Of a DNA stretch of 64,000 bases, positions 12,011 through 25,483 are shown piece by piece. How positions within the stretch are numbered: position 1 is the stretch's first letter; the number at the start of each line of letters is the position of its first letter. This stretch comes from Eledone cirrhosa (taxonomy: Eukaryota), in NCBI GenBank assembly GCA_964016885.1, contig OZ024742.1:61070001-61134000 (forward strand), written 5' to 3'. Under the pieces are notes generated by a model, which saw only the letters and a program-made list of their open reading frames with translations, was not told where the DNA came from and ran no database searches. The position numbers were made by a program, and so were the translations under genes.

Positions 12011-12908
12011 ATGTGGGCGCTTATTTGCTCATAATATTGAATGATGGAGAAACGGAGACACTGGGAGTTTGGTGCTATTGTATTCGGACCTGGTGTATAT
12101 GTATATATTTATTTACCACACCACATTAATACATCACATACACTTCAGTTTAAATACCTGTAAATAGAACATAATGTCAGTCATTTCATCAAACAGTTCA
12201 ACATTGTTATTCATCTTTCCAGGAGTTGATAAAGTGCCAGTGAAATACTGAGGCTGGTTTAATCGAAATTTCCTTCTTAAATTTGCTGGCCTTGTGCCAA
12301 AAGTAAAAACAATTATTATTGTCGTTGTTCTGTTTACTGGTGATCTGCGTGTTGCTATCGTTTTTATTGCTTTTTAACCCTAGGTCGGCCTTATGTGATC
12401 AAAATTACCTCCCAAAACTTTCGTTTATCAGCATCTCGAGATTTTTTCATACATATTGTATCTGAAATTACATAAATTATATGAAACTTACCATTTTTTA
12501 GGACTTAACATTGTTAATTTAGAATAATTTAGCTAGTATCTTTAGCAGCTCGGGCGATCGCGTATAAACTCTGTCATTGGTTTGACTCGTATAGAAATTA
12601 TTGCTTTGTCGATGTATCATAAAACTTTGTAAAATATAATTCTATTTTAATATCTCAAAAAATTCATTTGGCTTCTCTATTTTGAGTTATCTACGAAACC
12701 ATTGCGCGAAGTCACATAACACGTCTGTCTGGAAATAGTAATAGATACATTTTACTCGGTCAACGATATCGACAATACACTCCTATTTCTAAATTCTAAA
12801 AAGGTTACAACCAAGCGTAGAGTTTATTATAGACAGCAGTTAAAGTGTCTAATATACAGAAAAATGTAGCTTCAATTGTTTCGATCAGTTATAAAATCAA
12901 CAGAACAC

Positions 12909-13043
12909 CTTGTTCGGGAAATTCCTCTGTTAGTAGCTAAGTTATTCCGCAGGCATAGGTGTACTCTTGACGAATTCTCAATGTAACTCAGCGAGATGTT
13001 AAATGTGTGGCAAAGTTGGGCCATAGACACGTCTACCAATAAC
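12909..13043 (-). CDS. Putative exon of the minus-strand host gene (LLVDVSMAQLCHTFNISLSYIENSSRVHLCLRNNLATNRGISRT)
   Basis: aaatttag| acceptor, 135 nt open in phase 2/2, weak donor AG|gtgttc. Alternative reading in phase 0: terminal exon VIGRRVYGPTLPHI* (12999-13043). Confidence 0.45.
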
Positions 13044-13849
13044 CTAAATTTCAAAGATATTCAGTGCGACATGGCCTTGGACAAGACGGGACATTTGAAT
13101 TACAAGTACAGCCCATCTTACATTATAATGAGAGGCTGAGTTTTCCATAGTCACATTCAACTTTAATGCAGTTCTCGTGGAGATTCAGCGTGACTGCAAA
13201 AATGTTGGCCATTTGAATTACTGGTACAATCTATCCGATGAACTTCTTAACAGGCTCTATTTTCCCAATTACATTGAAAAAGCTTATGCTGCTTCGAAGC
13301 TTTTGTAGAATATACAAGCTCAAGATGTTACACAATGAGATGGAACTTGTATTTTATTTTATCGACCTATTTGAATGAATGTTAAAGTTCACGTCTACGA
13401 GATTTCAAATCTAAACGTAAATAGCTAAACAAATAACCTGGGTGGTTGTCGTTTGACAATATCAATTCTTTTAATCTATCGCTCTGAACTGTAAATTTAT
13501 TTCATTTACCCCAGAAAGATGAATGGCATTTTTTAGTTCAGGAGGATTTAAACTTATAACGTAAACAACCGTTAAAAATACAAAACAATTTGACCAACGT
13601 TTTTTTCTGCCAATAAGAGACTACATATAGAGAGATGCTAATAAATAAGTAATTGTTGTCAGTAATTCTTCCTCTTTTGAAAGTTTTATTATATTTAGTT
13701 TGTTGTTTTAGAGAGTGGTGGAGGAAGAAATCTTTCATCGCAACAACGTATAGAGAAAGGGGAAAAGCAGAAACTGTAGGGCCGGACAACAGAAAAAAAG
13801 CAGGGAGAAGGGGAGAGGCTGATGTGCTTTGGGCCTGGGACGGGACGAG

Positions 13850-15185
13850 GTGGTGTTGAGGAAACCTCCATTTGACACTACTACAAAAACATTTCTGCGG
13901 ACAATGGCCGGCGATACCCGATGCAACACTTATCCCCCTTCGTGGGGCACCTTCCTCGGGTGGGCTGCTGAAGTTCCCATCCTGCGGAGGAGTTCGGCTG
14001 TACATAATCTGAGAACACCTAAGGTCTCGGCGGCAAGCGGTGCGAAGACGCATCGGCCGGATAATCCCGGCATTTGTTTGTCGTACTGTCCTCTGCATTG
14101 CGGACTGCTGTACCGGCGTTTGTGGCCAAAGAGACAAAGTTGGAGGCAGGGAATGTGTCACAACATGTGGCGTCCGAGATGCGGGATCTACCTCTTTCGA
14201 ATCGGAAGAGGTTAATTCCATCAGGGCCTTTGCCATCTCCTTGGCCGTTGCCTGGTGGCTCCAGTTGTGATGAGAAGCCAGCTACGCCCAGCCTCCTTCA
14301 CATAATTGTTTCTACTTTGGCACAAGGCCAGCAATTAACCAGTGCATTACTGGTACTTTATTTTATCGACCCCGTAAGGATGAAAGGCAAAGTCAACCTC
14401 GGCGGGATTTGAACTCAGATCGTAAAGGGACGTAACTATGTTGGAAAGCATGGCGTCCGACCCTCTACCGATACTGCCAATCCACGATAGTTACAGATCC
14501 GAAGTGGATCGGAAACCGAGGCTCCTGAACCTCGCTTGTTGCCAGCTGGCGCTGTCGAAAATGACATTGCAGATGAGTGACATTGCATGGTGACGTCGAG
14601 TTCACCGAGATGATCTGCGTGAGGTTGACAAAGTGTTCCGCGTAGCGTGAACACGAATTTGGGGAGGCCGAATCAGTTCCTTATGAGGGAGAGCACCGGG
14701 TGACCATGAATGTGGTGCAGCCTCTCTGCCATTCGTGAAGGTCTGCGTGGTTGGTCTCCAGGCACTCTCTTATGCTTATGACTTTCTGGAGAATTGGAGC
14801 GCTAAGAATGCAGGTGACGTTCTTGGGCAGTAACTGAGTCTCAGACAAAACGGGATGCGTGCTGAATACGGCTTGTAGAATTTAGCCTCTCCGTAGTTAA
14901 CTTTGTCAACTCGGACTTGGATAGGTTGATCTCGAATCCGAGGAGTTTTATAGCTACAATGATTAGCCGAAGGTCCTCAGCTACCGTCTCAGCCGAGTCA
15001 CCCAAGGTCGCATCGTCGAAGTACCAAACGTTGAAGGGCGACCAGACCGTCCGAGCAACGTAGTCGACTGCCAGAGCAAAGAGGGGCGAGTCGAGTGGGT
15101 TTCCTGCTGGGCACCTGTGGCGGAGGTAACCCTGTTGTCAGCAGCCATGTTTAAGCTGAGTTTTCCATACTGGCTGAGAAGAAAA
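13850..15185 (-). mobile_element. CRE-clade non-LTR retrotransposon (RT core plus RLE), degraded, interrupted by a SINE
   Basis: RT: SATGAQQ..PLFALAVD...NVWYFDDATLG...GFEINLSKSE (WYxDD is CRE-like). RLE: PDGINLF...DATCCDT...AGTAVRNAE...FAPLAAETLG. Confidence 0.85.
14304..14486 (-). mobile_element. SINE family A, well-preserved copy nested in the CRE element
   Basis: Reverse complement has TGGCAGTATCGG (A box), GAGTTCAAATCC (B box), core GCCTTTCATCCTTACGGGGTCGATAAAATAAAGTACCAG and tail GGCCTTGTGCCAAAGTAGAAAC. Confidence 0.92.
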
Positions 15186-15927
15186 GATCACGTGTATGGC
15201 ACGGCAAGTTGGCGTGGAGAAGACAGTTGATGAAGGCTGTGTCGATAGGAATAATCGAGCTCCTGCCGCTGCAGCGTGAGGTGAGATAATGTCTCTGAGG
15301 TGGCCGAGGCGTAGGCTACTTCAGTATTAATAGTAGTAGAAGTAGATCTTGATAGTGATGATATTTTCTTTTTTGGCGTAGTTTGAGACAGTAGCAAATT
15401 TGAAAAGCTGAAATGTGAAGGATGGTTGTTGTTGAGCTGGTCACTCTGGGACAAGGGTTGCTGGATGGGTTGCTGCTGTTGTTGTTCTTTCTGTGGTTAT
15501 TGTTTTAGTTGAATAATATTTGAATTTTAAGAAATTTGAAAGAAACCCCAATGTACTTCAGTTTTGTCAAAATCTGTTTCTCTGAATATTTTTTTTTGTT
15601 TTCTGTTTATGATGACGTTTCTTTTGTTTTTTGACAATGTGGTTCAGACAAGAAACTTTTCTGTTTGAGGAATACAAAACCAAGTATTTATTATAGTGAT
15701 GATTTCTTTCTTTCACCAGTTTTTTGTAAAATTATTTTATTATTTTATTATTTTGGAAACATGTTGTCTAGTCATCTTGTATCTTTTCTATGTTTGCATC
15801 GTTTACTCTTTTCCCCGCCTCTCTCTAGTGTGAGTGGATGAACGTTAGGGTTTCTGATTCCTGTGTATATATTCAGGAGCAAGTTTTGTGCAGACATTTA
15901 TGTTTCAATAATGAAAATTGTACTTAC

Positions 15928-16006
15928 ACAATTAGTGGATAAAAATATTTGGTTAGAAAGTGAACCGATGGCCTTGAATCTCCATCATTTATTCAGTATC
16001 CATATA
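15928..16006 (-). pseudogene. Disrupted exon of the minus-strand host gene (YGY*INDGDSRPSVHFLTKYFYPLI)
   Basis: Canonical |gtaagt donor. The acceptor tract ttggttttgtag is displaced to ~16182 by the MITE. 79 nt (80 needed to keep phase) and one in-frame stop. Confidence 0.4.
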
Positions 16007-16008
16007 CT

Positions 16009-16175
16009 TAGGGCCGGATTTAATGGGAACAGGAGGCAATTACCCCCAGCCCCCACCCCACCTGCAGTCGTGGAGGGAGGCACTAGCAATGGTTTGCTGC
16101 GTGTTATAATTGTTTGTATATACAAACCTGGAGTGCCATATCCACCCCCACCCCCTAGGTCTAAATTCCACCCTG
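16009..16175. mobile_element. hAT-type MITE
   Basis: Imperfect TIRs TAGGGCCGGATTTA / TAAATTCCACCCTG and an 8-bp TSD CATATACT / TATATACT (1 mismatch). Confidence 0.75.
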
Positions 16176-16351
16176 TATATACTACAAAACCAACTAGTCT
16201 TTCTCATTTTTTCTTTTTTTTAAACTTATAACTCTCTTTTTTTCACTATGTTTTTTTTTAAGTTTGAATTGAAAATATTCTTTTCCAAATATATATAAAA
16301 CTAATGTATGTTCAAACAGAGATCAGGAAGAAAGAATATTTGAACACTTAC

Positions 16352-16424
16352 GATTTCTTTTAATGGTATCGATCCCATATACTCAAAGTTCTTCATAACG
16401 AGAAGCTTTTTGAAATATTGCAAT
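16352..16424 (-). CDS. Putative exon (LQYFKKLLVMKNFEYMGSIPLKEI)
   Basis: tactatttcag| acceptor, |gtaagt donor, 73 nt, in phase with 17592-17852. Confidence 0.6.
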
Positions 16425-16689
16425 CTGAAATAGTAACATGACATACCGGTTGCCATTAATACCCAATTAATGACATTAAAGCAGATATAACCGCATTGTG
16501 CAGGAAGGAAACTAAACAAATTAGGTTTTTGACTATGTTGACTTAACTCTATAACGTACATTGACGTAGATATTTCAATTATTTGATTTCCCTTTTGGTG
16601 AGTGGTCACACATAGTTATACGTATTGTAGCTAACTTAACTAGAACGCTAAAAGAACACGTTCAGCAGGGTGCTCGTCTTGTGTATATT

Positions 16690-17100
16690 ATCATCGCCAT
16701 CACCATCAACAATGTCACAAAACCATAATCCTCACCATTAACTTCCTCCTCTTCATTATAATCACATTCATTATCACCATCATCCTCCTGACGACCGCCT
16801 CCTCCATCACAATGATAATCGTTGTCACCATTGCCATAACCAGTCTCATTATTGCCATAATTATCATTATGACTACCCTCATCATCACCATCATTATAAG
16901 CACAACCACCACCACCACCATCACATCATCATTCCCAACATCTTCATCATCGCTACCAACACCAGTACAAACTTGAAGACCATCAGCACCTCCACCACAG
17001 TGATCACCACTATCACCAACATCAACCCCAATGCCGCAAATATTCTCACCACAACACTTTTAAAACCAGTACCACCATCATCATCATTACCCACACCAAC
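16690..17100. repeat. Degenerate (CAT/CAC)n trinucleotide low-complexity tract
   Basis: Direct reading; explains the MMVVVV ORF. Confidence 0.9.
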
Positions 17101-17591
17101 AGTACTAACCCCGTCTATAATAGAAACCTAGCCAGCTTTAAGTCATTCCACATGTACAATAGGATTTATAATCACGATAACTCAGTTTATTTTTGATAAA
17201 TTTTATGATCCTTTTGGAAAAGTTGGTACAATGCGAATTGCAAATGCAGTGGCGTAACTCGAGTAAAGTAAGGAAGAAATAAAACAATAGTTTTCATCAT
17301 ATATTCCGTTATATTTTGGGTTTGAAACACCTTTGGCTGGAATAAGGAATTGGTATTGTTGCGAGCTCTCTCGTACTCGTGGAAATCGGTCGATTAATAG
17401 GTGACATGCATAAAGCATTGAAGCTAGAATGGCCAGTCGGCTCCATGTAATTGAAATATATTTTTTTTATTCATTTTTTAATTAGTACAATCACTAAAAA
17501 TCATATATCCGTATCAATTAAACGGCAAAATAAACAAAAATATCACAGCTTAATATTCTCGTTAGATTTTTATATAAAGCTATTAGCTCAC

Positions 17592-17852
17592 GTAATTTCT
17601 TTTGCTGATGAGCATCTCAGGATTAAATCTAATTGCTGGCATCTAAAAGGTGTTATGTCATTATATGACGTAGCCGAGAGAAAAACAGCAGCCTGTGGTA
17701 AATTAAGAGGCTGGGGTATAGGGGTCCCACGAATTAATGTTTTGCTACCATAAATATAACGCAAGGGCGCTGTGAATTGTTCATTGACCGCAGTTATAAC
17801 CTTTTGAAGAGTGTCGAAGGTATTTATGACACGTGACTCCATGAATCTGCAC
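17592..17852 (-). CDS. Putative exon, 86 open codons (CRFMESRVINTFDTLQKVIT...LILRCSSAKEI); product not recognised
   Basis: ttttcag| acceptor, AC|gtgagc donor, 261 nt, phase 2/2, non-repetitive protein-like composition. Confidence 0.6.
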
Positions 17853-18869
17853 CTGAAAATTTCCTCTCCAAAACTTAAACCATAACGTAATTCTTAGGCA
17901 GATTCAACGTGACACTTTTTCTGAAGGCTGCAGTTTTCAATTACTGGTATAGTCCATTTTGCATTATTGTGTACCAATGACGTAATTCTCAAAGGGACTC
18001 AGTATAACACAGTATGCGACCAGGCTGGCTCTTTGAATTACATGTACAGTGCATCTTGTATGACGTGCTGAAAACACTTGTGCTATTATATCCAGCTCTC
18101 TACGATCGGAGTTCAAATTCTGCTGAGGTCAAATCTGCCCTTTGATCTTTGCGAGGTCATAAAATAAAGTAAAATCCACAGTAGTAAATCGTAGAATTAT
18201 CACAATGTTGGAAGAGATACTTTTTTGATATTTGTCCCGACTGTTTACTTTTTAAGTTAATTTTCGCTGTGATCTATTTGGTTCATAGACCTAATCTATT
18301 GCCTGGTTTAAAACCAGCGCCTGGCCTTTGACATTCTTTAGCGCGGTGTATTCTTTTCCTAGAATTCAAAAACTATTTTGTCTCAGCCTAAGGATTATTT
18401 TGTACAAAACGTTTTTCGTTCTTATTAAATAAACATTTCTAAATGGCATTTTTGTCTCCAGTGATACACGTTGTTATTGTATTATTAAAATATTAGATAA
18501 TGAAAGCAGTCAAGAAGATTAATCTATATTTAAACTTATCTCAAATCGACAACGCCATCAACGTATCAACACACATTACTTAGAACATTTATCTATAACA
18601 TATAAATAATATATCGTTATTTATATTACGCGTCATACAATGTGTGTGTGTGTATGTGTGGGTGTATGTGTGTGTATTTATATGTATGTGTCTGTGTGCG
18701 TATAAATGTATAAGTTGAGAAAAAATCTGTAGGAAAAAAACAGAAAGAAATTATTTTGATTCCTACACGTAACATTCATTACGCAACATTATATTTTAAG
18801 GCATAGTGTCAGGAAGCATCTGAAGACTATACACGGTGCTGCCGAATGCAAAATGAAGACACATACTCT

Positions 18870-19271
<402 letters not shown>

Positions 19272-21370
19272 TTTCTTCTTCTTTGTTTTCTACAAATACT
19301 GACTTAATACATTTTCAATCTTCCATATATTAATCATAAAGATAATTATATATTAAAAGAATGTTCGGCCATAACAGCCATTGGAGAGTAGCTCGCTATT
19401 GTTAACTCTTAAAATATGATAATCATACTGATTTATGATGTCTGCATTATAAGTAAAGGCAAGAGACAACCCTATCTATCTTTCATTCATCTTTTATATA
19501 TAGAGTATATCATTATTGTACACTGTAATTAACAGATCATTCTAGAAATCTCCAATTTAAACAATATAAAATTGTAACTGATTAGAGGGTTTATTTTGGA
19601 CTCACACACATGAACATATATAAACACATACATACGCATATACATACACGCATACATTCACATATACAAACAATTTGAATTATAACGTAACGTATTTTGG
19701 AAAACGAATAAATGTGGAAACGTTAGTGTATTGAGTGAAACTCACTATAATAACATTTTCAATTTAGCAGATAGAAAACCCTCCTCCATTATAATCATGA
19801 TTGTGTTATTATGGCATAAAACAACGTGTATGTAAGGGAGAATGGTTAGGGTATTCGGCTCACAATGATAATATTTTATGTTCAATTTCGGGAGAGGATG
19901 ACGTGTCGTCCTTTAGTAAGTCACTTCATTTCGTTAACCCTACCAAAGAGTAGCATCTTGGTCGTGGGGAGGGGTTCTCCTCTGGAAAATATTCCTCTAA
20001 AATATTCCTCTAAAACTTCTCGCCAGAGAAACAAAGAAAAACTTATATTCGATGTGCATGGAGCAGACTTTTAATATAGTCGACACAATGGAAATGGCCG
20101 AATGCTTAAGAAGTTTGCTTTACAATCCTGAAGTTGAGAGTTCAGCCTCACTGTATCGCATCTTGTACCATATTACATTATTTTATCATATATATTCTAT
20201 AGTCAACTTAATCTTTGTGGATGAAGTTGGCTAGATGGAAACTGCTTGGGAACCTGTTAGATCAACTCTACCTGTAATTCAAATAGCTAGATTTGACACA
20301 CACTTTGTCATGCAAAATATCCCCGAGACAATAGTTTACAGTGCGCTTCCATTCAAACTGTATGGAAACCTGTTGGTTTACCTCTAATTCTAATACATGT
20401 GTCCCATTGTAACTTATTGGAGAGTTCCTTAATTGTACACATATCTGTAAAATGCTCAGGTACTTATACTATAAGTTGTATACGAGTTGTGCCTGTAATT
20501 CAAACGATTAACCCTGTCATAGTGAATCATTATGAGAATTGTGCTCAGTTACGTTGTCATAAGCAGTAATACATTTTACGTAACGATTAATATAATAGGT
20601 AGCTAAAGGACAATAAACAACGCCTTTCTGATACACGGCGTGACTCGGACATTTTAAATCTGGCGAAGTCCATCCCTCTTCTGGTCGGAACACAACAGAT
20701 TTCTTCTGGAGGAAGAATCTACCCCAATACTAGATTCATATTTTATTTATCAATATCAAAAGGATAAATGGCGAAGGTGACATCGGTGGTTGAATTTGAA
20801 CACAGTGTAGAGTAAGCCGGAACCTACTGAAGCACTTTTAATCCGGCACTCAAATCTGAGCCTTCACAAATGTGACAATTTAGGTTCAAACTATAACAAT
20901 TTATTTTCAAGATTTATTTCCAAACTATTGTAAATAGTACTTATATGATGGATCCTTCATCGGTTTCGACACTGGGTATTCAGTAGTTTAATCAGCTAAA
21001 TGCACGATTGGTAACGTTACGTGTAAGTGGTTGAGTATTCCAGAGACAAATGTACTCCATAAAGCAATTCTCAGACAGAATCGGCGAGCAAAAATATGCT
21101 AAAGCTGTAACCTTTGAATTATTTCTGCAATCATTCCAATGGGCATCGACACAGTTCCCGTCTACACAATTTCCATTACAAGGCTTGAAATCGACACGAA
21201 GACAGGGTAAGCAGGCTTGCTCATGATGTTACACAGTGATATCGAATCGGAGACTTCATGAGGACGAAGATAATATCAGAGTAGACGTGATGATTAAGGC
21301 TGGAATGTTATTCAGCTTAGTTCTGACATAGGACTATGAAAACACCAAGCCCGACCACAGTAAATAACTG

Positions 21371-21538
21371 TTTCTACTATTGGCACAAGGCCAGCAATTA
21401 CCCCAGCGCATTACTGGTGCCTTATTTTATCAACCCCGTAAGGATGAAAGGCGGGATTTGAAATGTAACTCTAAAGATCTGTAACTCTATGCTTCAAAGC
21501 ATGATGTCCCGCACTCTGCCGATACTGCCAATCCACCA
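21371..21538 (-). mobile_element. SINE family A with small internal deletion
   Basis: Near-collinear with 14304-14486. Confidence 0.88.
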
Positions 21539-21855
21539 CAGTAAATAACGTTCACAATTTGATCCAGATTCCATACACACACACACACACACACACACAG
21601 GCGCGCGCGCGCGCGCACACGTTTGTGTCTTCCATTCTAAACAGGATTTAAATAAATACGACACTTGTACTTGTCCCAACAAAAACAATGAATAAAAGTT
21701 CAAATGAAAGATATATACTATAGTTAATGTGACAGTTTCTGGAAGCCGTCTCCTGTCACATTAATATTAATCGATATATTATCATTTATTCCTCGACAAA
21801 TAGAATACACACATACACACACGTATGTAAGTATGTATGTATGTATGTATGCATG

Positions 21856-21919
<64 letters not shown>

Positions 21920-22029
21920 TATACACAGTATATATACACACAAATTGAGATTCGAGGCAATTAACGCATTGTAATTAACATAAAATATTGCTGTAAGATA
22001 ATGATGTGTGTGTGTGTGTGTTGTGTGTA

Positions 22030-22270
22030 TGTGTGTGTAAGAGGTAATCAGCAATAACAAAACAAACTGCATAGTACATGGAAGAGATATATTAGTTTAA
22101 CGCTTGAAATAGCAGGGAGAGATTCTTAACGTTTCGCACATTAGTCCTTCATCCGAATATAAAGTTCGAAATAGAAGGTAAATAGGAAGTAGGGAATGAA
22201 AAGAGGAAGGAACGTGGTAACGTGTGGAAAATATTTGGGAGAAAAAAAACATACGTGCGTAATCTGTCGG

Positions 22271-22272
<2 letters not shown>
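22030..22272 (-). mobile_element. PLE 3'-terminal repeat fragment with mutated hammerhead (22122-22158)
   Basis: Reverse complement ATT-CGGATGA-AGGACTAATGTGC-GAAACGTTA-AGAAT; same family as 43095-43220. Confidence 0.65.
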
Positions 22273-22328
<56 letters not shown>

Positions 22329-22343
22329 CTTATATATATATAC

Positions 22344-23712
22344 CTAGAAATTGATTAACATATAAATAAACACGAATAATCACAGGAGATAATTTTTACA
22401 AGTGTGTAACCACACATAGCTAGGTAGGTAACTAAATAAAGTTGACCGGAACTTCAAAAATAGATACCTTATAATATGATTTTGATTTATTTTCCGGGTG
22501 ATATGGCGCATGTCTTTCTGGCATGACACCCATAATTTTGATTTAGATTAAATTCATTACTTTATCTTAATTTTGGATATAGATATATAAATACGGCTCC
22601 TTAATTGTAGAGCTAACTCTGTTGAAAGGACTCGACTGCTGTTTCTAGTTCTCAATAACCCTATTCACGCCACTGGGCCGAAGCTACTATGATGTGTGTA
22701 TTTATAGTAAATACTACACGTGGTAATAGCCAGTTGCAGATTTGAACTTGAAGTGTAAGCGCGGATGGCTGGAAATTTCTTCCTCGTTGAAAATCCAAAT
22801 CTCCACTTCCGTGGTTTACCATCTGATTAATTGGTGAAATATATTTCTTTAATGGAATATATACAGGGAAGATTAATCATATTATAAGGTATCTATTTTT
22901 GAAGTTCTGGTTAACTTATTTAGTTACCTACCTAGCTCTGTGTGGTTACACACTTGTAAAAATTATCTCCTGTGATTATTTATGTTTATATATATGTTAA
23001 TCAATTTCTAGTTATTATTAAATACTCGGACCTACTCGTTAGAATCTTGAAGCTTATTTTCCGGGTGATATGGCGCATGTCTTTCTGGCATGACACCCAT
23101 AATTTTGATTTAGATTAAATTCATTTAATTTATCTTAATTTTGGATATAGATATATAAATACTGCTCCTTAATTGTAGAGCTAACTCTGTTGAAATGACT
23201 AGACTGCTGTTTCTAGTTGTCGATAACCCTATTCACGCCACTGGGACGAAGCTACTATGATGTGTGTATTTCTAGTAAATACAACACGTGGTGATGGCCA
23301 GTCAGAGATATGAACTTGAAGTGTAAACACGGATTGCTGCAACTTCTTCCTTGTTGAAAATCCCAGTCCCCACTACCGTGGTTTAACATCCGATTAATTG
23401 GTGAAATACATTTCTTTAATGGAATATATACAGGGAAGATTAATCATATTATAAGGTATCTATTTTTGAAGTTCTGGTCAACTTTATTTAGTTACCTACC
23501 TAGCTATGTGTGGTTACACACTTGTAAAAATTATCTCCTGTGATTATTCATGTTTATATATATGTTAATCAATTTCTAATTATTATAAAATGCTCGGACC
23601 TACTCGTTAGAATCTTAGAGCTTATTTTCCGGGTGATATGGCGCATGTCTTTCTGGCATGACACACATAATTTTGATTTAGATTAAATACATTTAATTTA
23701 TCTTAATTTTGT
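22344..23712 (+). mobile_element. Non-coding element: inverted 5' arm plus ~2.2 tandem copies of a ~569-bp unit, inside (TA)n
   Basis: TTATTTTCCGGGTGATATGGCGCATG recurs at ~22486, ~23055 and ~23622. 22344-22481 is the reverse complement of ~22875-23012. Relative at 50012-50675. Confidence 0.88.
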
Positions 23713-23714
23713 AT

Positions 23715-23836
<122 letters not shown>

Positions 23837-24012
23837 AGTAGTAACACAACAGTTAGTCCACCATACCGAGAACAATTGTTTCACCTTAAAGTGAAACAAT
23901 TGTTCTCGGTATGGTGAACTAACTGTTGTGTTACTACTTCTACAAAACTCATTCCATGGACTGAGTGCTCTACCACTAGGGATATTACCTTCCAGTGTTC
24001 TACCTTTCTCTC
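23837..24012. mobile_element. Fold-back mini-element: ~49-bp near-perfect hairpin plus ~70-bp extension
   Basis: AAGTAGTAACACAAC...TTGTTTCAC / GTGAAACAA...TGTGTTACTACTT (23837-23939), flanked by TA tracts. Confidence 0.8.
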
Positions 24013-24028
24013 TCTATATATATATATA

Positions 24029-24230
24029 ACAAAGAAGGTGTGGTAAGATATCAGGTGGACAATAAGGCACCAGGGTACTCGATACTTAGTGGAGTAGGGT
24101 GGGTAATTGGAAAAGAATCAGTGCCCCGACGGCTGAGCTCCGGGCGTTTAGACAACTAGATCCGACAGTTCGGATCTAGCTGTCCGACGGCCGGAGCTCA
24201 GCCGTCGGAGTCCTGACTCTTTTCCTATAT
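24029..24230. mobile_element. Fold-back mini-element: ~80-bp extension plus ~57-bp GC-rich hairpin; related to 30490-31840
   Basis: Arms GGAAAAGAATCAG...CTAGATCCGA / TCGGATCTAG...CTGACTCTTTTCC. The extension GTGGTAAG..GGAC..GCACCAG.GTACTC.ATACTTAG matches 30500-30567. Confidence 0.8.
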
Positions 24231-24672
24231 TTTGTAAATAATTGATTCCTCCTTATGTTAGAAAAAATATACATCCCAGTTAAATGGCAGGTAAACGTTT
24301 TATGATCTGTTTCGTAGTTCGTTGTTGTTTTGTGTCATTTTTCAGACTAATCAGTAACTAGGTTAAGATAGTAATAAGAAAACGTATAAAACATCACAGT
24401 ATAATTTCCACTGAGATTATATCCCATTAGTTGTTTGGGATAATATAATCGATACTTTGACTCTTTAGTGTATAATCATGGAATCGATGATTCTCTAGTT
24501 AGATCATATTAATTTCTATACAATAGCTTTCATTTATTTTTCGTTTTCTATATAACTTTTGTCATGAATAGTACGACATCTAATCTCTGAAAATGTTTAA
24601 ACTCATAAACTCAGAAATTCTCATGCAACAGATGGCAATGAGGTGTGTCTGGGTATTTTTGTTAATGAGTAC

Positions 24673-25483
24673 CGCATACTGTGTACCATTTTCCATAGCT
24701 GAACAAGGAATTTACTAATAAAATGTTTTTTTTTAATTCTAAAGCTTGGGCACATATACCAACACTTGTCCAATGTGATCTAGGATATTCACATGACCCC
24801 ACTGCACTTTTGTTCTAGGTATACACATTGGAAGTCGCAGCAAAAAACATCAATTAATATATACAATCAAAAATGTGTTAAATATAAACGAAATGTTAGT
24901 CATAATATAAACGAAAGCATATCCAGATTTGGCTCACGAAGATGCTAGAATATTCAAAATATTTATGGAGTTATCTTAGTTTATTTTTGGTGGGTTTTTT
25001 TTACACATAATTATTTCTATTGAGCTTTTTGGTATTATCTGCATTAGATACGTTAAAACTAATTTAACTATTGCTTTTCATGCGGATGGCGACCTTTTAT
25101 GGCCGCAATCTAATGACTGAAACTGCATAAAAGTAAATGATGTATACAGATCTAAAGATACGCATAGGCATGCAGATATACAGATAGATACATAGCTATA
25201 TAGATATATATGAAGATATATAGATAGATACATAGATACATAGACCTAAAGAGGGATACATAAGCATAGAGATATATATAAAATTAGATTGAAATACAGA
25301 CAGATAGATAGAAAATGTATTATAAAGAGATATAAAAAGCAAAATTCAAACAAAACTTGGAATAGGTTAATGAAATAAATAATAAATGAAAAAAATGGAG
25401 ATTATTCGTTTTCAACAAGCTATTTACTATTCAAACAGCCATTTATTCTTGCTAACGAAATCCTACCAGTCTTGTTTACCTTT
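24673..25483 (-). CDS. Four small candidate exons (25428-25483, 24938-24974, 24760-24814, 24673-24698) upstream of 17592-17852
   Basis: All AG/GT-bounded and mutually in phase: KVNKTGRISLARINGCLN-N-NSINILNILAS-S-TKVQWGHVNILDHIGQVL-LWKMVHSM-R. Some sites are weak and one intron is only 61 nt. Exons were picked by eye, so selection bias applies. Confidence 0.35.

Noticed and set aside
13538-14236. 232-aa minus-strand ORF
   Set aside because: Off-frame reading of the GC-rich CRE endonuclease region running into AT-rich flank; the real motifs are in other frames.
16715-16924. Hydrophobic Met/Val/Ile membrane peptide
   Set aside because: Reverse translation of a degenerate (CAT/CAC)n tract.
22486-23712. 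CRISPR-like or satellite array
   Set aside because: Units are ~569 bp with no short repeat/unique spacer pattern, no cas genes and a eukaryotic context.
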